60,595 nt of DNA from a virus (lineage: Duplodnaviria; Caudoviricetes): positions 1 through 60,595 of the IMG/VR virus record IMGVR_UViG_3300042879_004465. The stretch is one strand, 5' to 3'. Under the pieces are notes generated by a model. That model had not been told where the DNA came from and did no database searches. It saw only the letters and a program-made list of their open reading frames with translations. Each line of letters begins with the position of its first letter. The stretch's first letter is position 1. Shown here piece after piece: positions 9,333 through 18,805 of the stretch. A program made the position numbers and the translations under genes.

Positions 9333-9945
9333 ATTTTCTCCAATGTGGAGTGTCAGTTATCTGATTGGCAGTTAAATTAAATAAAGATTGTGTAGTTGGT
9401 ACAGTATAGTGGGGGTCATCAAAATCTCTTTTTTTATTCATTGAAGCTGTAAATTTTAATGAACTTTCTATTTGTTTAAAAGCAGGCTCAAGCATTTCTA
9501 TTGTTTTCATAGAAATTTTTTTGTCGGTTGCTTTTTCTACCTGATTTTGAAGTTTTGATAATTGATTATTTTTTTCTGTCAACGCAGCTCCATTTAGTTT
9601 GTTTGGATTTTCCTGTAAAGAAGGAGCTTTAGGTGGATTTATTTTTGTTTGTGCATTTGTATCGACCACCACATTGCTTGAATTTTTTGCTGCATTTGCA
9701 TTAAAATTTGTAGTTAAAGTTGGCGCAATGACCGGAGAAATTTCAGGGGATATAGGCTTACTTTCCATTATGGAAGGAGTCTGCACGGCTTCTACTGATG
9801 TTGGTATTCTTAATAATTCTGGGGCTTCCAATTTAGGAGCTTTATTTTCCGAGACTTCTGTTTTCATTGGGGTAGCAGAGACATTGATTGTCTCTGCTGG
9901 ATTATTATCTAATCCTAAAATTGAATTTTTGTTTGAGTTTTCCAT
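9331..9945 (-). CDS. Low-complexity protein in the gp29/tape-measure position
   Basis: 204 aa, P/T/S/N-rich with a coiled-coil-like second half. Directly downstream of gp26-gp51; assignment by synteny only. Confidence 0.4.
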   Translation of the reverse strand: MENSNKNSILGLDNNPAETINVSATPMKTEVSENKAPKLEAPELLRIPTSVEAVQTPSIMESKPISPEISPVIAPTLTTNFNANAAKNSSNVVVDTNAQTKINPPKAPSLQENPNKLNGAALTEKNNQLSKLQNQVEKATDKKISMKTIEMLEPAFKQIESSLKFTASMNKKRDFDDPHYTVPTTQSLFNLTANQITDTPHWRK

Positions 9946-10133
9946 TAGTATCTACTCTGCATTATTTGCTGCTGTTTTTCGGTTGTTTCTTGCTCTATAT
10001 GATCATTTAACATGTTAATATAAATTTCGTATTCCCAAGGATACATGTTTTCTATTTCTGTCACGGAAAGTCTTTGGGTATTCGTAAGTAAAAATAAAAT
10101 TTTGTAATAATCTACTAAATTAAAATAATTCAC
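9945..10133 (-). CDS. gp51: Baseplate hub assembly protein gp51
   Basis: LVDYYK..F.L....LSVTEIENMYPWEYEIYINML; follows gp26. Confidence 0.85.
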   Translation of the reverse strand: MNYFNLVDYYKILFLLTNTQRLSVTEIENMYPWEYEIYINMLNDHIEQETTEKQQQIMQSRY

Positions 10134-10135
10134 AC

Positions 10136-10807
10136 TTAGATAAAAAAACGCAAAAAACCCTCGATTTCCACTTTTTCTCCATTTATTTCATTTACATAAT
10201 ACAGGCTTGGAGAAGAATTTAAAAATGTTTTTAAAAGTTTTTCGTCTTTTATTGATATCTCATTTACTATTTGTTGTATTTCCTCTACTTTCAGGACTTT
10301 TAAATCGTATTTATTCCCATTGATTATCAAAGATTTTATTGATTTTTTTATCAATTCATTTTCGTTTATGGTACTAATATCAAAATAATCTTTAGCCTTT
10401 AATTGTTCTGCTTCTATGATTATGCCATTGCTTAAAGATATTTGTTCCTCAAGTAATCCGTTTTTCAATGTTATTTCGTTGATATTCACAGAAAACGATA
10501 TATTTTTTTCCCCTAGAAGATTTAACTTAATTTGTTCTTCTACGCTTTTTGATCTAAGTTGAAGAAATAAAAACTCTAGATCCGGAATGTAAAGATTTTC
10601 TGGATCTTTAATATTTGAACAGTTTTTTAAAATTTGACAAATATTTTTTACTATTTGTCCTACGTTATTTTCTTGTGAAATTATAGATATTAATTTTTGA
10701 TCTTTTATTTTAAAAGGACTGAAACTAATTTCTTTGCCAGAAACTGGAAGTTTCGTGGAATACTGAGGTTGAATTTGATTTATTTGATTTAAAATTTCTT
10801 GTAACAT
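10136..10807 (-). CDS. gp26: Baseplate hub subunit / assembly chaperone gp26
   Basis: PQYSTKLPVSGKEISFSPFKIKDQK, DLEFLFLQLRSKSVEE, C-terminal IEGFLRFF. Confidence 0.88.
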   Translation of the reverse strand: MLQEILNQINQIQPQYSTKLPVSGKEISFSPFKIKDQKLISIISQENNVGQIVKNICQILKNCSNIKDPENLYIPDLEFLFLQLRSKSVEEQIKLNLLGEKNISFSVNINEITLKNGLLEEQISLSNGIIIEAEQLKAKDYFDISTINENELIKKSIKSLIINGNKYDLKVLKVEEIQQIVNEISIKDEKLLKTFLNSSPSLYYVNEINGEKVEIEGFLRFFI

Positions 10808-10808
10808 T

Positions 10809-11390
10809 TTAATTTGTCGCTAATTTAAAATTATATTCCCTGAATGCAAATCTTACAATTATTTTTAGGTATTCGTTATTTGATGTAGCAGATAATTGAA
10901 TTGGGGCTATTTCAACCGGATATGTTTCTTGAAAGGTATAAGTTCCTGTAATTGTTCCGTTTAAATCTAAAATGTCTACTTTTATAGAACTGTTTTCTGC
11001 ATAATTTCTATAAAAGTCACTTACCCAAACCTTTATGTTTCCATCATTTTGGTAATATATACTTTTCATCCAATCATTTACATTTTCTAAAAGTTTTAAA
11101 TTTCCAAACACGGGAAAGGTAATCAAAACTCCATCTCTGTATGCCAATCCTCTTGCTACGGTTCTTCCTAATCCAGGGCCCGCTAAAGCATCTGCTTGAG
11201 TTGTCATAGTTATGACAGGAAGAAGAATGTTTTCCGCAATGTAAGAATTGGGAGTACCTTCCGATCCAATAGATTCTCCGATTGGAAAATACTTTGAGTT
11301 TTTTATTGTTACCAAAAATCTATTTGATCTTTGGAGACCCCCGTTATTTGCTATTCTGTTTTTTAATGCACCAATTGAAATGTCAGCCAT
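10809..11390 (-). CDS. gp54: Baseplate tail-tube initiator gp54 (tube-fold protein)
   Basis: GGLQRSNRFLV, LLP, DWM, ETYPVEIAPIQLS, VRFAFREY; between gp4 and gp26. Confidence 0.75.
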   Translation of the reverse strand: MADISIGALKNRIANNGGLQRSNRFLVTIKNSKYFPIGESIGSEGTPNSYIAENILLPVITMTTQADALAGPGLGRTVARGLAYRDGVLITFPVFGNLKLLENVNDWMKSIYYQNDGNIKVWVSDFYRNYAENSSIKVDILDLNGTITGTYTFQETYPVEIAPIQLSATSNNEYLKIIVRFAFREYNFKLATN

Positions 11391-11799
11391 TGAATATGTC
11401 CTTTTCTGTTAAAATTTTAAATTCCATTCCGTGTTTGATGCAAAAATTTTTTGCGGCTTGCCATTTGGCTGAGTTTATTAGAAATAAAATTTTTTCTTTT
11501 TTTGATGCAGATTCTTTTAAATTTACTTGTTTGTTTGGCTTTACTTCAATCAATATACTTTTTTTTTCTTGATTTTTTTCTAATTGAATTAAAAAGTCCG
11601 GTATGTATCTATGCACTTTCTTATCAATCGGATGCACGTATGGAATTTCTATTTCTTCAAATGACCACTTTTTAACTGATGTGTTTTCATCCAAAAACTT
11701 GCAAACTCTTCTTTCCCATAGAGATCGGCATAAAAGTTCAGTTTTTGAGCCCACATACTTATTTGGATTTTTTGGGGTAAATCTGGTTTTATAGGCCAT
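11383..11799 (-). CDS. gp4: Head completion nuclease gp4
   Basis: MAYKTRFTPKNPNKYVG, RSLWER, WSFEEIEIPY, RYIPDF, IEVKP, NSAKWQAA, FKILTE. Confidence 0.93.
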   Translation of the reverse strand: MAYKTRFTPKNPNKYVGSKTELLCRSLWERRVCKFLDENTSVKKWSFEEIEIPYVHPIDKKVHRYIPDFLIQLEKNQEKKSILIEVKPNKQVNLKESASKKEKILFLINSAKWQAAKNFCIKHGMEFKILTEKDIFNG

Positions 11800-11808
11800 T
11801 TGCAAAAA

Positions 11809-11834
11809 TATTTAGGTAATTTTCTTCCTAAATA
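11809..11834. promoter_or_regulatory. Back-to-back late promoters for gp4 (-) and gp48 (+)
   Basis: TATTTAGG-N10-CCTAAATA inverted repeat in the divergent intergenic gap. Confidence 0.75.
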
Positions 11835-11844
11835 ATTTTATAAA

Positions 11845-12621
11845 ATGCCAATAGAATTAGCATATCCTTTAGTATACAATGAAGAAGTGCCGTTTGCTGT
11901 AATTTTTTCTTGTGCTCCATATTCCGTATTGGCAGCGGATAGAACTAGATCTGGCATAGCAGATAGAAGAGTATTAGCAATATCATTGCCATTTAATAGC
12001 GAACCAAAAATGTCATTAGAACATACTTTTGCGGAGGGAACTAATCCAGTGGGCCCGGTTCTTAGTTTGGCAGGATTAAAAAACACTGCCGGTGGTTATG
12101 ATGCTTTAATGGAACGACTGGCTGCTCCTGCTGCAGCTTTTTACGAGGCTACTTTTACAACGGATACATATAGAAGATTTAGCAACGTGACCGAAGCAAC
12201 AATGACCAGCGAAGCTCGTAGGGCATTTTCTTTTAAATTTTTGTTTGTACCAAAAAGCGCCGATGAATCTGAAGTAGTAGATGCTATAGTAAATAATTTT
12301 AAAAATTTTTCATACCCCCAAAAAATTGAAGATCTACCGGAAAGAACTCTTCCTCAAAATTTATGGACTATAGAGGGATTTTCTACCGTAGCCGATACAG
12401 AATATCTCACAAACAGTTGGCTAGGAAATCCGCTTCCTTGTGTATTAAAATCAATGGAAGTGGACAAAGGCGATCCAAGTGATCCGGTTTTAAAAGTTTT
12501 GCCTAATACAAGAGCACTGACAACACTCTTGCAGCTTACATTTATAGAATTTGAAACGGGAACACACGATCTACTTAATAATGTTCTTTTATCTAAATCA
12601 GAAATAGCGGCGGGGAAATAA
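11845..12621 (+). CDS. gp48: Baseplate tail-tube cap gp48
   Basis: RAFSFKFLFVPKSADESEVVDAIVNNFKNFSYP, PCVLKSMEVD, LQLTFIEFE. Confidence 0.8.
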   Translation: MPIELAYPLVYNEEVPFAVIFSCAPYSVLAADRTRSGIADRRVLAISLPFNSEPKMSLEHTFAEGTNPVGPVLSLAGLKNTAGGYDALMERLAAPAAAFYEATFTTDTYRRFSNVTEATMTSEARRAFSFKFLFVPKSADESEVVDAIVNNFKNFSYPQKIEDLPERTLPQNLWTIEGFSTVADTEYLTNSWLGNPLPCVLKSMEVDKGDPSDPVLKVLPNTRALTTLLQLTFIEFETGTHDLLNNVLLSKSEIAAGK

Positions 12622-12623
12622 TA

Positions 12624-13547
12624 ATGCAATATTTTAGTAATTTTCCAAAAGTGAATGAAACAATAAATGGAAAGTCAAAAAATTTAGTTAATATTTTATG
12701 CGCCCCGGATATATTTCCCGAAGAAAGCGAGACGGCTTTTACTTCAAATGAAGTTGCTATTGGAGTGGGAGATTTGGCTCATAGTATTTATGAAGATGCC
12801 AATAATTTTTGGGCTATAATGTATGCCAATGATTCGATAAATCCTTGGACAATTGGGTTGGAAGATGAAAGCGAGTTTAAACAAAACAATGCAAATTATT
12901 TTGGATATTTTGCAAAATACACAACCGCTCCTAAGCTAGATCCAAATTGTTATGTTGAATTTAAATCAGGAGATATAATTGTACCAGTCGTGAACGGGCT
13001 TGGATATACCGCTGCGCAGGATGTATTTGCCGATTACAATTTACTGGGAACTAGTTCTTCAGCTTTTCCTGCTTGGGTAGTTGATAACTTTTTTGAGGAC
13101 ACGAAAAAAGCAAAAATAACACCGGTAATTAACATTGGAGGAACTGCGAGTACGGATGAATATCCTCCGGTTGGCAGCGGTTTTTTTGTGCTAAGAAAAG
13201 GAAATACTGGATATTATCCTATAGAAAATAGCTACAATCCTACCCAAAGAACAGTAGATGGGTTAACTTCTTATCAATACACAAAATCCCCGGCTACTTT
13301 TCAAAAAATAAATGAACCAAGTAAAGTATTGTCTCCCGCGACTATTATAGCCAGAACCGTAGGAAATTTGGATACTTTGCTTACAGTGGCGTCCGCAAAT
13401 GCGCCATTAAGTGCGGGGCTTTCTGCTTATACCGAATATAATATCACTACTACAGATTTGGCATTTACAAAACAACAAGCAGCAAAAAGTTCTTTGACAT
13501 ATGTTAAGGAAAATTATTTAAGATTAATATTACAAAGTGTAACATAA
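12624..13547 (+). CDS. gp53: Baseplate wedge protein gp53-like
   Basis: MQYFSNFPKV N-terminus; LysM-like LAHSIYEDANNFWAIMYANDSINPW; follows gp48. Confidence 0.75.
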   Translation: MQYFSNFPKVNETINGKSKNLVNILCAPDIFPEESETAFTSNEVAIGVGDLAHSIYEDANNFWAIMYANDSINPWTIGLEDESEFKQNNANYFGYFAKYTTAPKLDPNCYVEFKSGDIIVPVVNGLGYTAAQDVFADYNLLGTSSSAFPAWVVDNFFEDTKKAKITPVINIGGTASTDEYPPVGSGFFVLRKGNTGYYPIENSYNPTQRTVDGLTSYQYTKSPATFQKINEPSKVLSPATIIARTVGNLDTLLTVASANAPLSAGLSAYTEYNITTTDLAFTKQQAAKSSLTYVKENYLRLILQSVT

Positions 13548-13548
13548 T

Positions 13549-15861
13549 ATGGCAAATCCAATTTCTACTGTAATTACTTCTATTTTATTGAAATCCGATA
13601 GAGATTCCGAATTTGATTTAGAAATTTTTAATAAAAATTCTTTATGTCAATTCGAAAGAATGGAATTGGAAGAAAGCGTAAACAACGTTTTTCCTACTGG
13701 CGCTCTTATAATTAGAGACACTAGTGATATAATAACTTATATTTCTCAGAAAAAAATAAAAAGTTTTGAAATCGGATTCGAAAACGGAGAAAGATACAAA
13801 TGGTACATAACTTCGTTGACGTATGCAAACAACGCTGCATCGGAAATTGACCAAAGCTTTGTTGTAATTTATTTCACAAATTCTATATTTTTTGAATCTC
13901 AAAGAGCTTCTTTTTATGATGAAAAAAATATAGTAGTCAATGAGAATGGAGAGGAACAAGTAGGAGAATCAATACCTTTATTTGGAATTCCTTATCCTTT
14001 CATGACAACACCTGAGCATATAATAAGAACTTATGGAGAAAGAGCGGTTTTTAGCCCTCAGCTTACTCCGCCCAAAAATTCTAATACTCCTTCCGGGCAG
14101 AACATAGGGTGTGGTGTAAATTTATTCATAAAAAATACACAAAAACCCACTAATTATGTTTTGTTCAGACCAAGAATTTCTGACGCACAAAGGTTTGAAC
14201 AATATCAAACAAATATAATTTCTTATTTAAATTATATTTTTACTTATGCAATAGATCAAGAAGCAAAAAAACCATATTTTATGTTTTGGACGGACTTCGG
14301 AAATTGTTTAAATTACAAATATTTTAATTTAACAAAAGATTTAGAATCAGGGGAATTTGGCGTTGATCTTCCGGATACAGATAACGGAAAAATTGAAGTT
14401 TTTTCTGTCTACGCTTCTGATAATACAGATCAACAAGTAGAGGTTGAAGGAGAATTAGTTTCTAGTAAAAAAATATATGTTTTAGTTACAAATCCTGCAT
14501 ATTCAATTAATGAAAAAAATTATTACTACTTAAGAAGTTCTCCGATATACTTGGAAAATCAAGCACACGAACTTGCGGGATCTACGAGTAGCGCAGAAAG
14601 ATTAATGTCTCCATTTTTAAGTGAATCCGCAAACACTACTTTGACGACAGTTACTTCATATACCACTAATGACTCTGGAGAGGATTATTTATTAAGAACA
14701 TCGAATTTAAAAGATTCAAATTTAGTTCAATTGCAAGATGGCGGCTATTACGGTTATGCAAAAGATTTTACCATGCATAATAATCCAATAACTGTTACAG
14801 ATGCTGTTGGGTCGTATGAAAATTTGTTGAACTACATGAAGTGTACCCCTTTGGCACTTAGGGATTCATTTGCTCCCAGTGGGGCCCAAACCCCATTATA
14901 TCCTTTTAATGACAACAAATATATATGGCAGTTTCAATATGATATAACCACTACTCACCCAAATATGGGAACAAGCGGAGGAGGTGGCGTCATTTCAAAT
15001 GATTTTTATCAAGAAATTAATAGCGTATTACAAACTCCTGTAGAAGGAAATGGATCTGATGTAGGTTCCATGTTAATTGACGGTATTTTAAAAGATGTTG
15101 CTTTCAATAAAGTCATGGAGGCAAAGTACACTGCAATGAAAGAACAAGATGAATATGATAATTACAGAAGAGTTCTTTTGGAAAAAGCAGAAAAAGAAAA
15201 TTTTATTTCCAATGTATTGTGCTGCATGGGACAAGATCTTACTTCTAATAAAGAAGAATGGTTTTTTGCAAAAATAACTGGTTACATCAAAGATTACAGA
15301 ACAATAGTAGCAGGCAATACTGTGTTGTTACGCAGACAAAATGATACCGCATGGCTTTATTCTTGGGAACGCCTTGAGCCCGGTCCACTATTTTATGGAC
15401 TAAGCGGAGCAAGCGGGGACGTGATAAGAGCTCAGGCATCATATCATAATATGCTACATGGATGGACTACAAATCCTTGTTATGGCTCTACTGGAGATCC
15501 GACTGCAGGGCAAATAGAAAGTTTAGCAAGCGGAAGCGGGTTCATTGGGATGGAAACATGGGCCATAAATTTAAATGAAAGATTAAATGACATCGAAGGA
15601 TCGACTTTATTCGAAAATTACCTCGGCCCCGGATATAATAAATCAAATTTGACAGACAGTGAATTTAAATATAAACCAATAGGATACAAAGAGCCTAATT
15701 ATGATGATTCAATCAAAGGAGAGGCCAGTCATCCCGTGAAAATGTACAAAATACCAACTAACACTTTAAGGCAAATGGGAGGGCTTTCTCCTGTGCCATC
15801 GTTTGAAGGAATCTACACTTATTACTTTATTGCGGAAAATGCCGTGGATGGGAGCTGCTAA
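13549..15861 (+). CDS. Baseplate hub (gp27-like), N-terminal part with large insertions
   Basis: ERMELEESVNNVFPTGALIIRDTSDII and YFMFWTDF...LNYKYF resemble the N-terminal and middle regions of hub proteins; located between gp53 and gp25. Confidence 0.55.
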   Translation: MANPISTVITSILLKSDRDSEFDLEIFNKNSLCQFERMELEESVNNVFPTGALIIRDTSDIITYISQKKIKSFEIGFENGERYKWYITSLTYANNAASEIDQSFVVIYFTNSIFFESQRASFYDEKNIVVNENGEEQVGESIPLFGIPYPFMTTPEHIIRTYGERAVFSPQLTPPKNSNTPSGQNIGCGVNLFIKNTQKPTNYVLFRPRISDAQRFEQYQTNIISYLNYIFTYAIDQEAKKPYFMFWTDFGNCLNYKYFNLTKDLESGEFGVDLPDTDNGKIEVFSVYASDNTDQQVEVEGELVSSKKIYVLVTNPAYSINEKNYYYLRSSPIYLENQAHELAGSTSSAERLMSPFLSESANTTLTTVTSYTTNDSGEDYLLRTSNLKDSNLVQLQDGGYYGYAKDFTMHNNPITVTDAVGSYENLLNYMKCTPLALRDSFAPSGAQTPLYPFNDNKYIWQFQYDITTTHPNMGTSGGGGVISNDFYQEINSVLQTPVEGNGSDVGSMLIDGILKDVAFNKVMEAKYTAMKEQDEYDNYRRVLLEKAEKENFISNVLCCMGQDLTSNKEEWFFAKITGYIKDYRTIVAGNTVLLRRQNDTAWLYSWERLEPGPLFYGLSGASGDVIRAQASYHNMLHGWTTNPCYGSTGDPTAGQIESLASGSGFIGMETWAINLNERLNDIEGSTLFENYLGPGYNKSNLTDSEFKYKPIGYKEPNYDDSIKGEASHPVKMYKIPTNTLRQMGGLSPVPSFEGIYTYYFIAENAVDGSC

Positions 15862-16655
15862 TGTCCAAAAAAATTACAATACTGGGAACAAATGTTCTCA
15901 AGGTTCAAACTGGAAATGCCGTATCAAATAGATTTGAATATATTTGCGCCAATCCAGAAATAACAAGTGGAAATTTGGAAGCTCCAGGTAGTTTGGATGA
16001 TTGTTATGCTTTCTTTCCTGAAATTTTAAATATAGCGAAAGCTTTGGGTGTAGGAAATAGTTATAGTGTTCCAGCTTTTTTTGGAATAAGCGGCGCTTCA
16101 TCTGGTATTTTTCCTTGCGGGCTGTCTGGAAGTTCTGGGATATCCGGAGGAGTTTCCGGTGGAATGCCTTTGATATTCAAGGAACCAGATAAGGAATGTC
16201 TAAAAATAGAAGATCTTTTGGGAAAAGAATGGATGGGATGTTTTTGGCCAGATCCTCTTGCAAACTTTAGTTGTGATTGTCCAGTTTATGGGGATATGTA
16301 TGAAAATTATTTAAAGTATAGATTGGGTTCTGCTACTTTCTGGAATACTCCATTGCAAGTTCCTATATGGAGGCAGGAATTTATAGAGTCGGTAAAAAGT
16401 TTAATAGAAATAACAGTAACTGGAAGTCTTTCGTATAGACCGGGAGATATCGTTTATATAAAAATTGACAATTTAACCGGATTGGCCTCAGGAGATCCAG
16501 AAATGGAAATGGACAAAAGCGCAAGAACAGGTTTTTATTATATAATGAGAGCAAAAAATGTTATTAAAAATGATGGTGGCCATACAACGATTTTATCGCT
16601 TACGCGATTTACAGAGGAAAATTTTTATCCAGATGTAGTGGTTTCTGAGGAATAA
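15861..16655 (+). CDS. Baseplate hub (gp27-like), C-terminal part
   Basis: IEITVTGSLSYRPGDIVYIKI...TGFYYIMRAKNVI...HTTILSLTR is the typical hub C-terminal barrel pattern; TAATG overlap with the previous gene. Confidence 0.6.
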   Translation: MSKKITILGTNVLKVQTGNAVSNRFEYICANPEITSGNLEAPGSLDDCYAFFPEILNIAKALGVGNSYSVPAFFGISGASSGIFPCGLSGSSGISGGVSGGMPLIFKEPDKECLKIEDLLGKEWMGCFWPDPLANFSCDCPVYGDMYENYLKYRLGSATFWNTPLQVPIWRQEFIESVKSLIEITVTGSLSYRPGDIVYIKIDNLTGLASGDPEMEMDKSARTGFYYIMRAKNVIKNDGGHTTILSLTRFTEENFYPDVVVSEE

Positions 16656-16658
16656 TCT

Positions 16659-16666
16659 TATAAATA
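16659..16666 (+). promoter_or_regulatory. Canonical T4 late promoter TATAAATA
   Basis: Exact TATAAATA 9 nt before the ATG at 16676. Confidence 0.75.
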
Positions 16667-16675
16667 TTCTTGACT

Positions 16676-17071
16676 ATGGAAAAAAAAGATTTTGACATTT
16701 TGCTTTCACCAATAAAAACTGCCAATCAAAAAAAGGATATTTCTTTTTTTATCGGAGTTTCATCGGTAGGACAAAAAATTCAAAATTTACTTTATACTGT
16801 GAAGGGGAATAGAGCCTTCATGTCAACTTTTGGTACAAATCTCCAAATATCCTTAAGTACATACAATAGCGGAAAAAGAGCAATTCTTCTCAGTTCCTTG
16901 AAATCAAGTATAGAAAATAAAATTAAAACATTAAAAAATGTGAATATTTCAATGAAAAATAGTTACGTGGCTTCAAATTATGTTGATGTCAAGGTTGTAT
17001 TTGATTACATGAGTCAAGATGGATTGAAGAAAAATAACCAAGTTACAGTCTCAATAAATATGAATACATGA
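16676..17071 (+). CDS. gp25: Baseplate wedge subunit gp25
   Basis: SVGQKIQNLLYTVKGNRAFMSTFGTNL; directly upstream of gp6. Confidence 0.78.
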   Translation: MEKKDFDILLSPIKTANQKKDISFFIGVSSVGQKIQNLLYTVKGNRAFMSTFGTNLQISLSTYNSGKRAILLSSLKSSIENKIKTLKNVNISMKNSYVASNYVDVKVVFDYMSQDGLKKNNQVTVSINMNT

Positions 17072-18183
17072 GCAATTACGATTATAACAATTTGAATGTT
17101 GGAAGTTTGGATTACGCTACCATTAAATCCAACCTGATATCATTCTTTAAAAGATATCCACAACTTGCAAATTTTGATTTTGACAACGAAGCATCTTCTA
17201 TAAATTTATTTTTAGATATTTTGGCTGCTAATACTGCATATAATGGTTACTATTTACATTCGGTTTTGACCAATTCCTTCCCATCGACGGCCACTTCCAA
17301 AAAAGCCATGATGATGAATGCTAGTTTGTACGGAGCATTCATCGAAAATACTATTTCTGCAAGATGTGTGGCTACTTTAAAAAATACAAGCTCTTCTGAA
17401 GTTCCTGCTTTGAGCACTTTTACAGGGACAAGAACAAATGGAAGCCCTTGTTTTTTTTATAATACGGAAGCTATTCCCGTTACGGAGGGTGATAACACCG
17501 TCGCAGTAGAAATGATTTCGGGTAAAGGGGTATATGGATTTGCTCAATTTGATCCTGAAAAATTATATCTGGAATTGCCTTTAAACTACGATCCTACGGC
17601 AATATTGTTCTTGAACAGAGAAGTAGTGGGGTCTACTTATACAGATGTCTCTTGGACCCAAGTAAATAATTTTAGCAATCAAGTTGTTGAGAGTCTTGGA
17701 GGAAAAGTATTCACCGTTTTAAACGGAAAAGATGGATACTACGTTACTACAAATATTCCCGGGGCAATAGCTCCTAGCAATTCTGTTACAATAAAAGCAG
17801 TAGACTCGGATGGTAGTTTATCAAATTCAGCTACAATACTGAGATCAAGAGATTATTCTGGAGTTACTGTAGTGTCTCATACTACTCCCTCCGGGGGAAG
17901 AGACAATGCAACAAAAGATTACATAAAAACCTTTATACCTTACGCATCAAATACAAAAGATCGTTTGGTAACTCAATCTGATTACTTGGATGGGATATAT
18001 CAATATATATTGAGCAATGGAGTAACTACAATACAAAAAGAAGATATATCTGTCACATCTCCATCGGTAGGACAAATAAAAATTTATGTTAATGGACTTT
18101 CTTCTGCTTTGAGAGAAAATTTGATGGTAAATTATTTGGCTACAAGAAAAATGGTTGGAATTTCTCTGACATACGGTCAATAA
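17068..18183 (+). CDS. gp6: Baseplate wedge subunit gp6 (short, 371 aa)
   Basis: LDYATIKSNLISF, FDFDNEASSINLFLDILAANT.YN, NSFPSTA, SGGRD, RLVTQSDY. Confidence 0.85.
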   Translation: MSNYDYNNLNVGSLDYATIKSNLISFFKRYPQLANFDFDNEASSINLFLDILAANTAYNGYYLHSVLTNSFPSTATSKKAMMMNASLYGAFIENTISARCVATLKNTSSSEVPALSTFTGTRTNGSPCFFYNTEAIPVTEGDNTVAVEMISGKGVYGFAQFDPEKLYLELPLNYDPTAILFLNREVVGSTYTDVSWTQVNNFSNQVVESLGGKVFTVLNGKDGYYVTTNIPGAIAPSNSVTIKAVDSDGSLSNSATILRSRDYSGVTVVSHTTPSGGRDNATKDYIKTFIPYASNTKDRLVTQSDYLDGIYQYILSNGVTTIQKEDISVTSPSVGQIKIYVNGLSSALRENLMVNYLATRKMVGISLTYGQ

Positions 18184-18184
18184 C

Positions 18185-18805
18185 ATGCTAGTATTTTTCA
18201 ATAATAGTCCCGGAGCATCGACACCAGATTCTGTTGTCACGGGCATAAATCGCATTGTCGAACAAACATTATTGACTCTGCGATCTTTAAATCTTCCGGA
18301 AAAAAACTGGGATGGAGACAAAATCCAAGTTAAAAAACAATTGCCTAAATGGGTTCAAAACACTTATGATGAATATCCATCAAGAGCTCCGGTAGTAGAT
18401 TTTTTTATTAACTATTATCGTTGGATGTTTGATCTTGAAGAGGGATATGGATGTGGATTTTATCTAGAAAATTTAAGAAATTTATCAAATGTTCCTGATA
18501 AATTTTTACAAGGATATGCCGATATTTTATTTGCCGGGGAGTTGGATTTGGATGTGTACCCAGAATTAAAAAATAATTTTAGAAAATGTTTATTAACATA
18601 TCATAGAGATTATGTGAAAATAAAGGGTACGCCCGATGGAATGCGATTTATTTTAAAATCATTATTTGGAGCAACGGTAGCAGAAGTTAGCACTCAATAT
18701 GCCACTAACATCAAAATAATTACTGATATGGATTCAAATTATCAAAATTTATTTAAGTTAATAGCTTGTCCATTTTCATTTAATGTATCATTTGTTTCAC
18801 CATGA
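18185..18805 (+). CDS. Baseplate wedge gp7-like protein (short, 206 aa)
   Basis: QLPKWV...YP...VDFFINYYRWM and KIKGTPDGMRFILKSLFG match the gp7-like N-terminal core; follows gp6. Confidence 0.65.
   Translation: MLVFFNNSPGASTPDSVVTGINRIVEQTLLTLRSLNLPEKNWDGDKIQVKKQLPKWVQNTYDEYPSRAPVVDFFINYYRWMFDLEEGYGCGFYLENLRNLSNVPDKFLQGYADILFAGELDLDVYPELKNNFRKCLLTYHRDYVKIKGTPDGMRFILKSLFGATVAEVSTQYATNIKIITDMDSNYQNLFKLIACPFSFNVSFVSP

Noticed and set aside
11383-11799. gp4 resembles TnsA-like endonucleases, suggesting a transposon
   Set aside because: It is the standard T4 head-completion nuclease in its usual context, with no transposon ends or partner genes.
15855-15870. Possible frameshift joining the two hub ORFs
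   Set aside because: Simple TAATG coupling with no slippery heptamer nearby.
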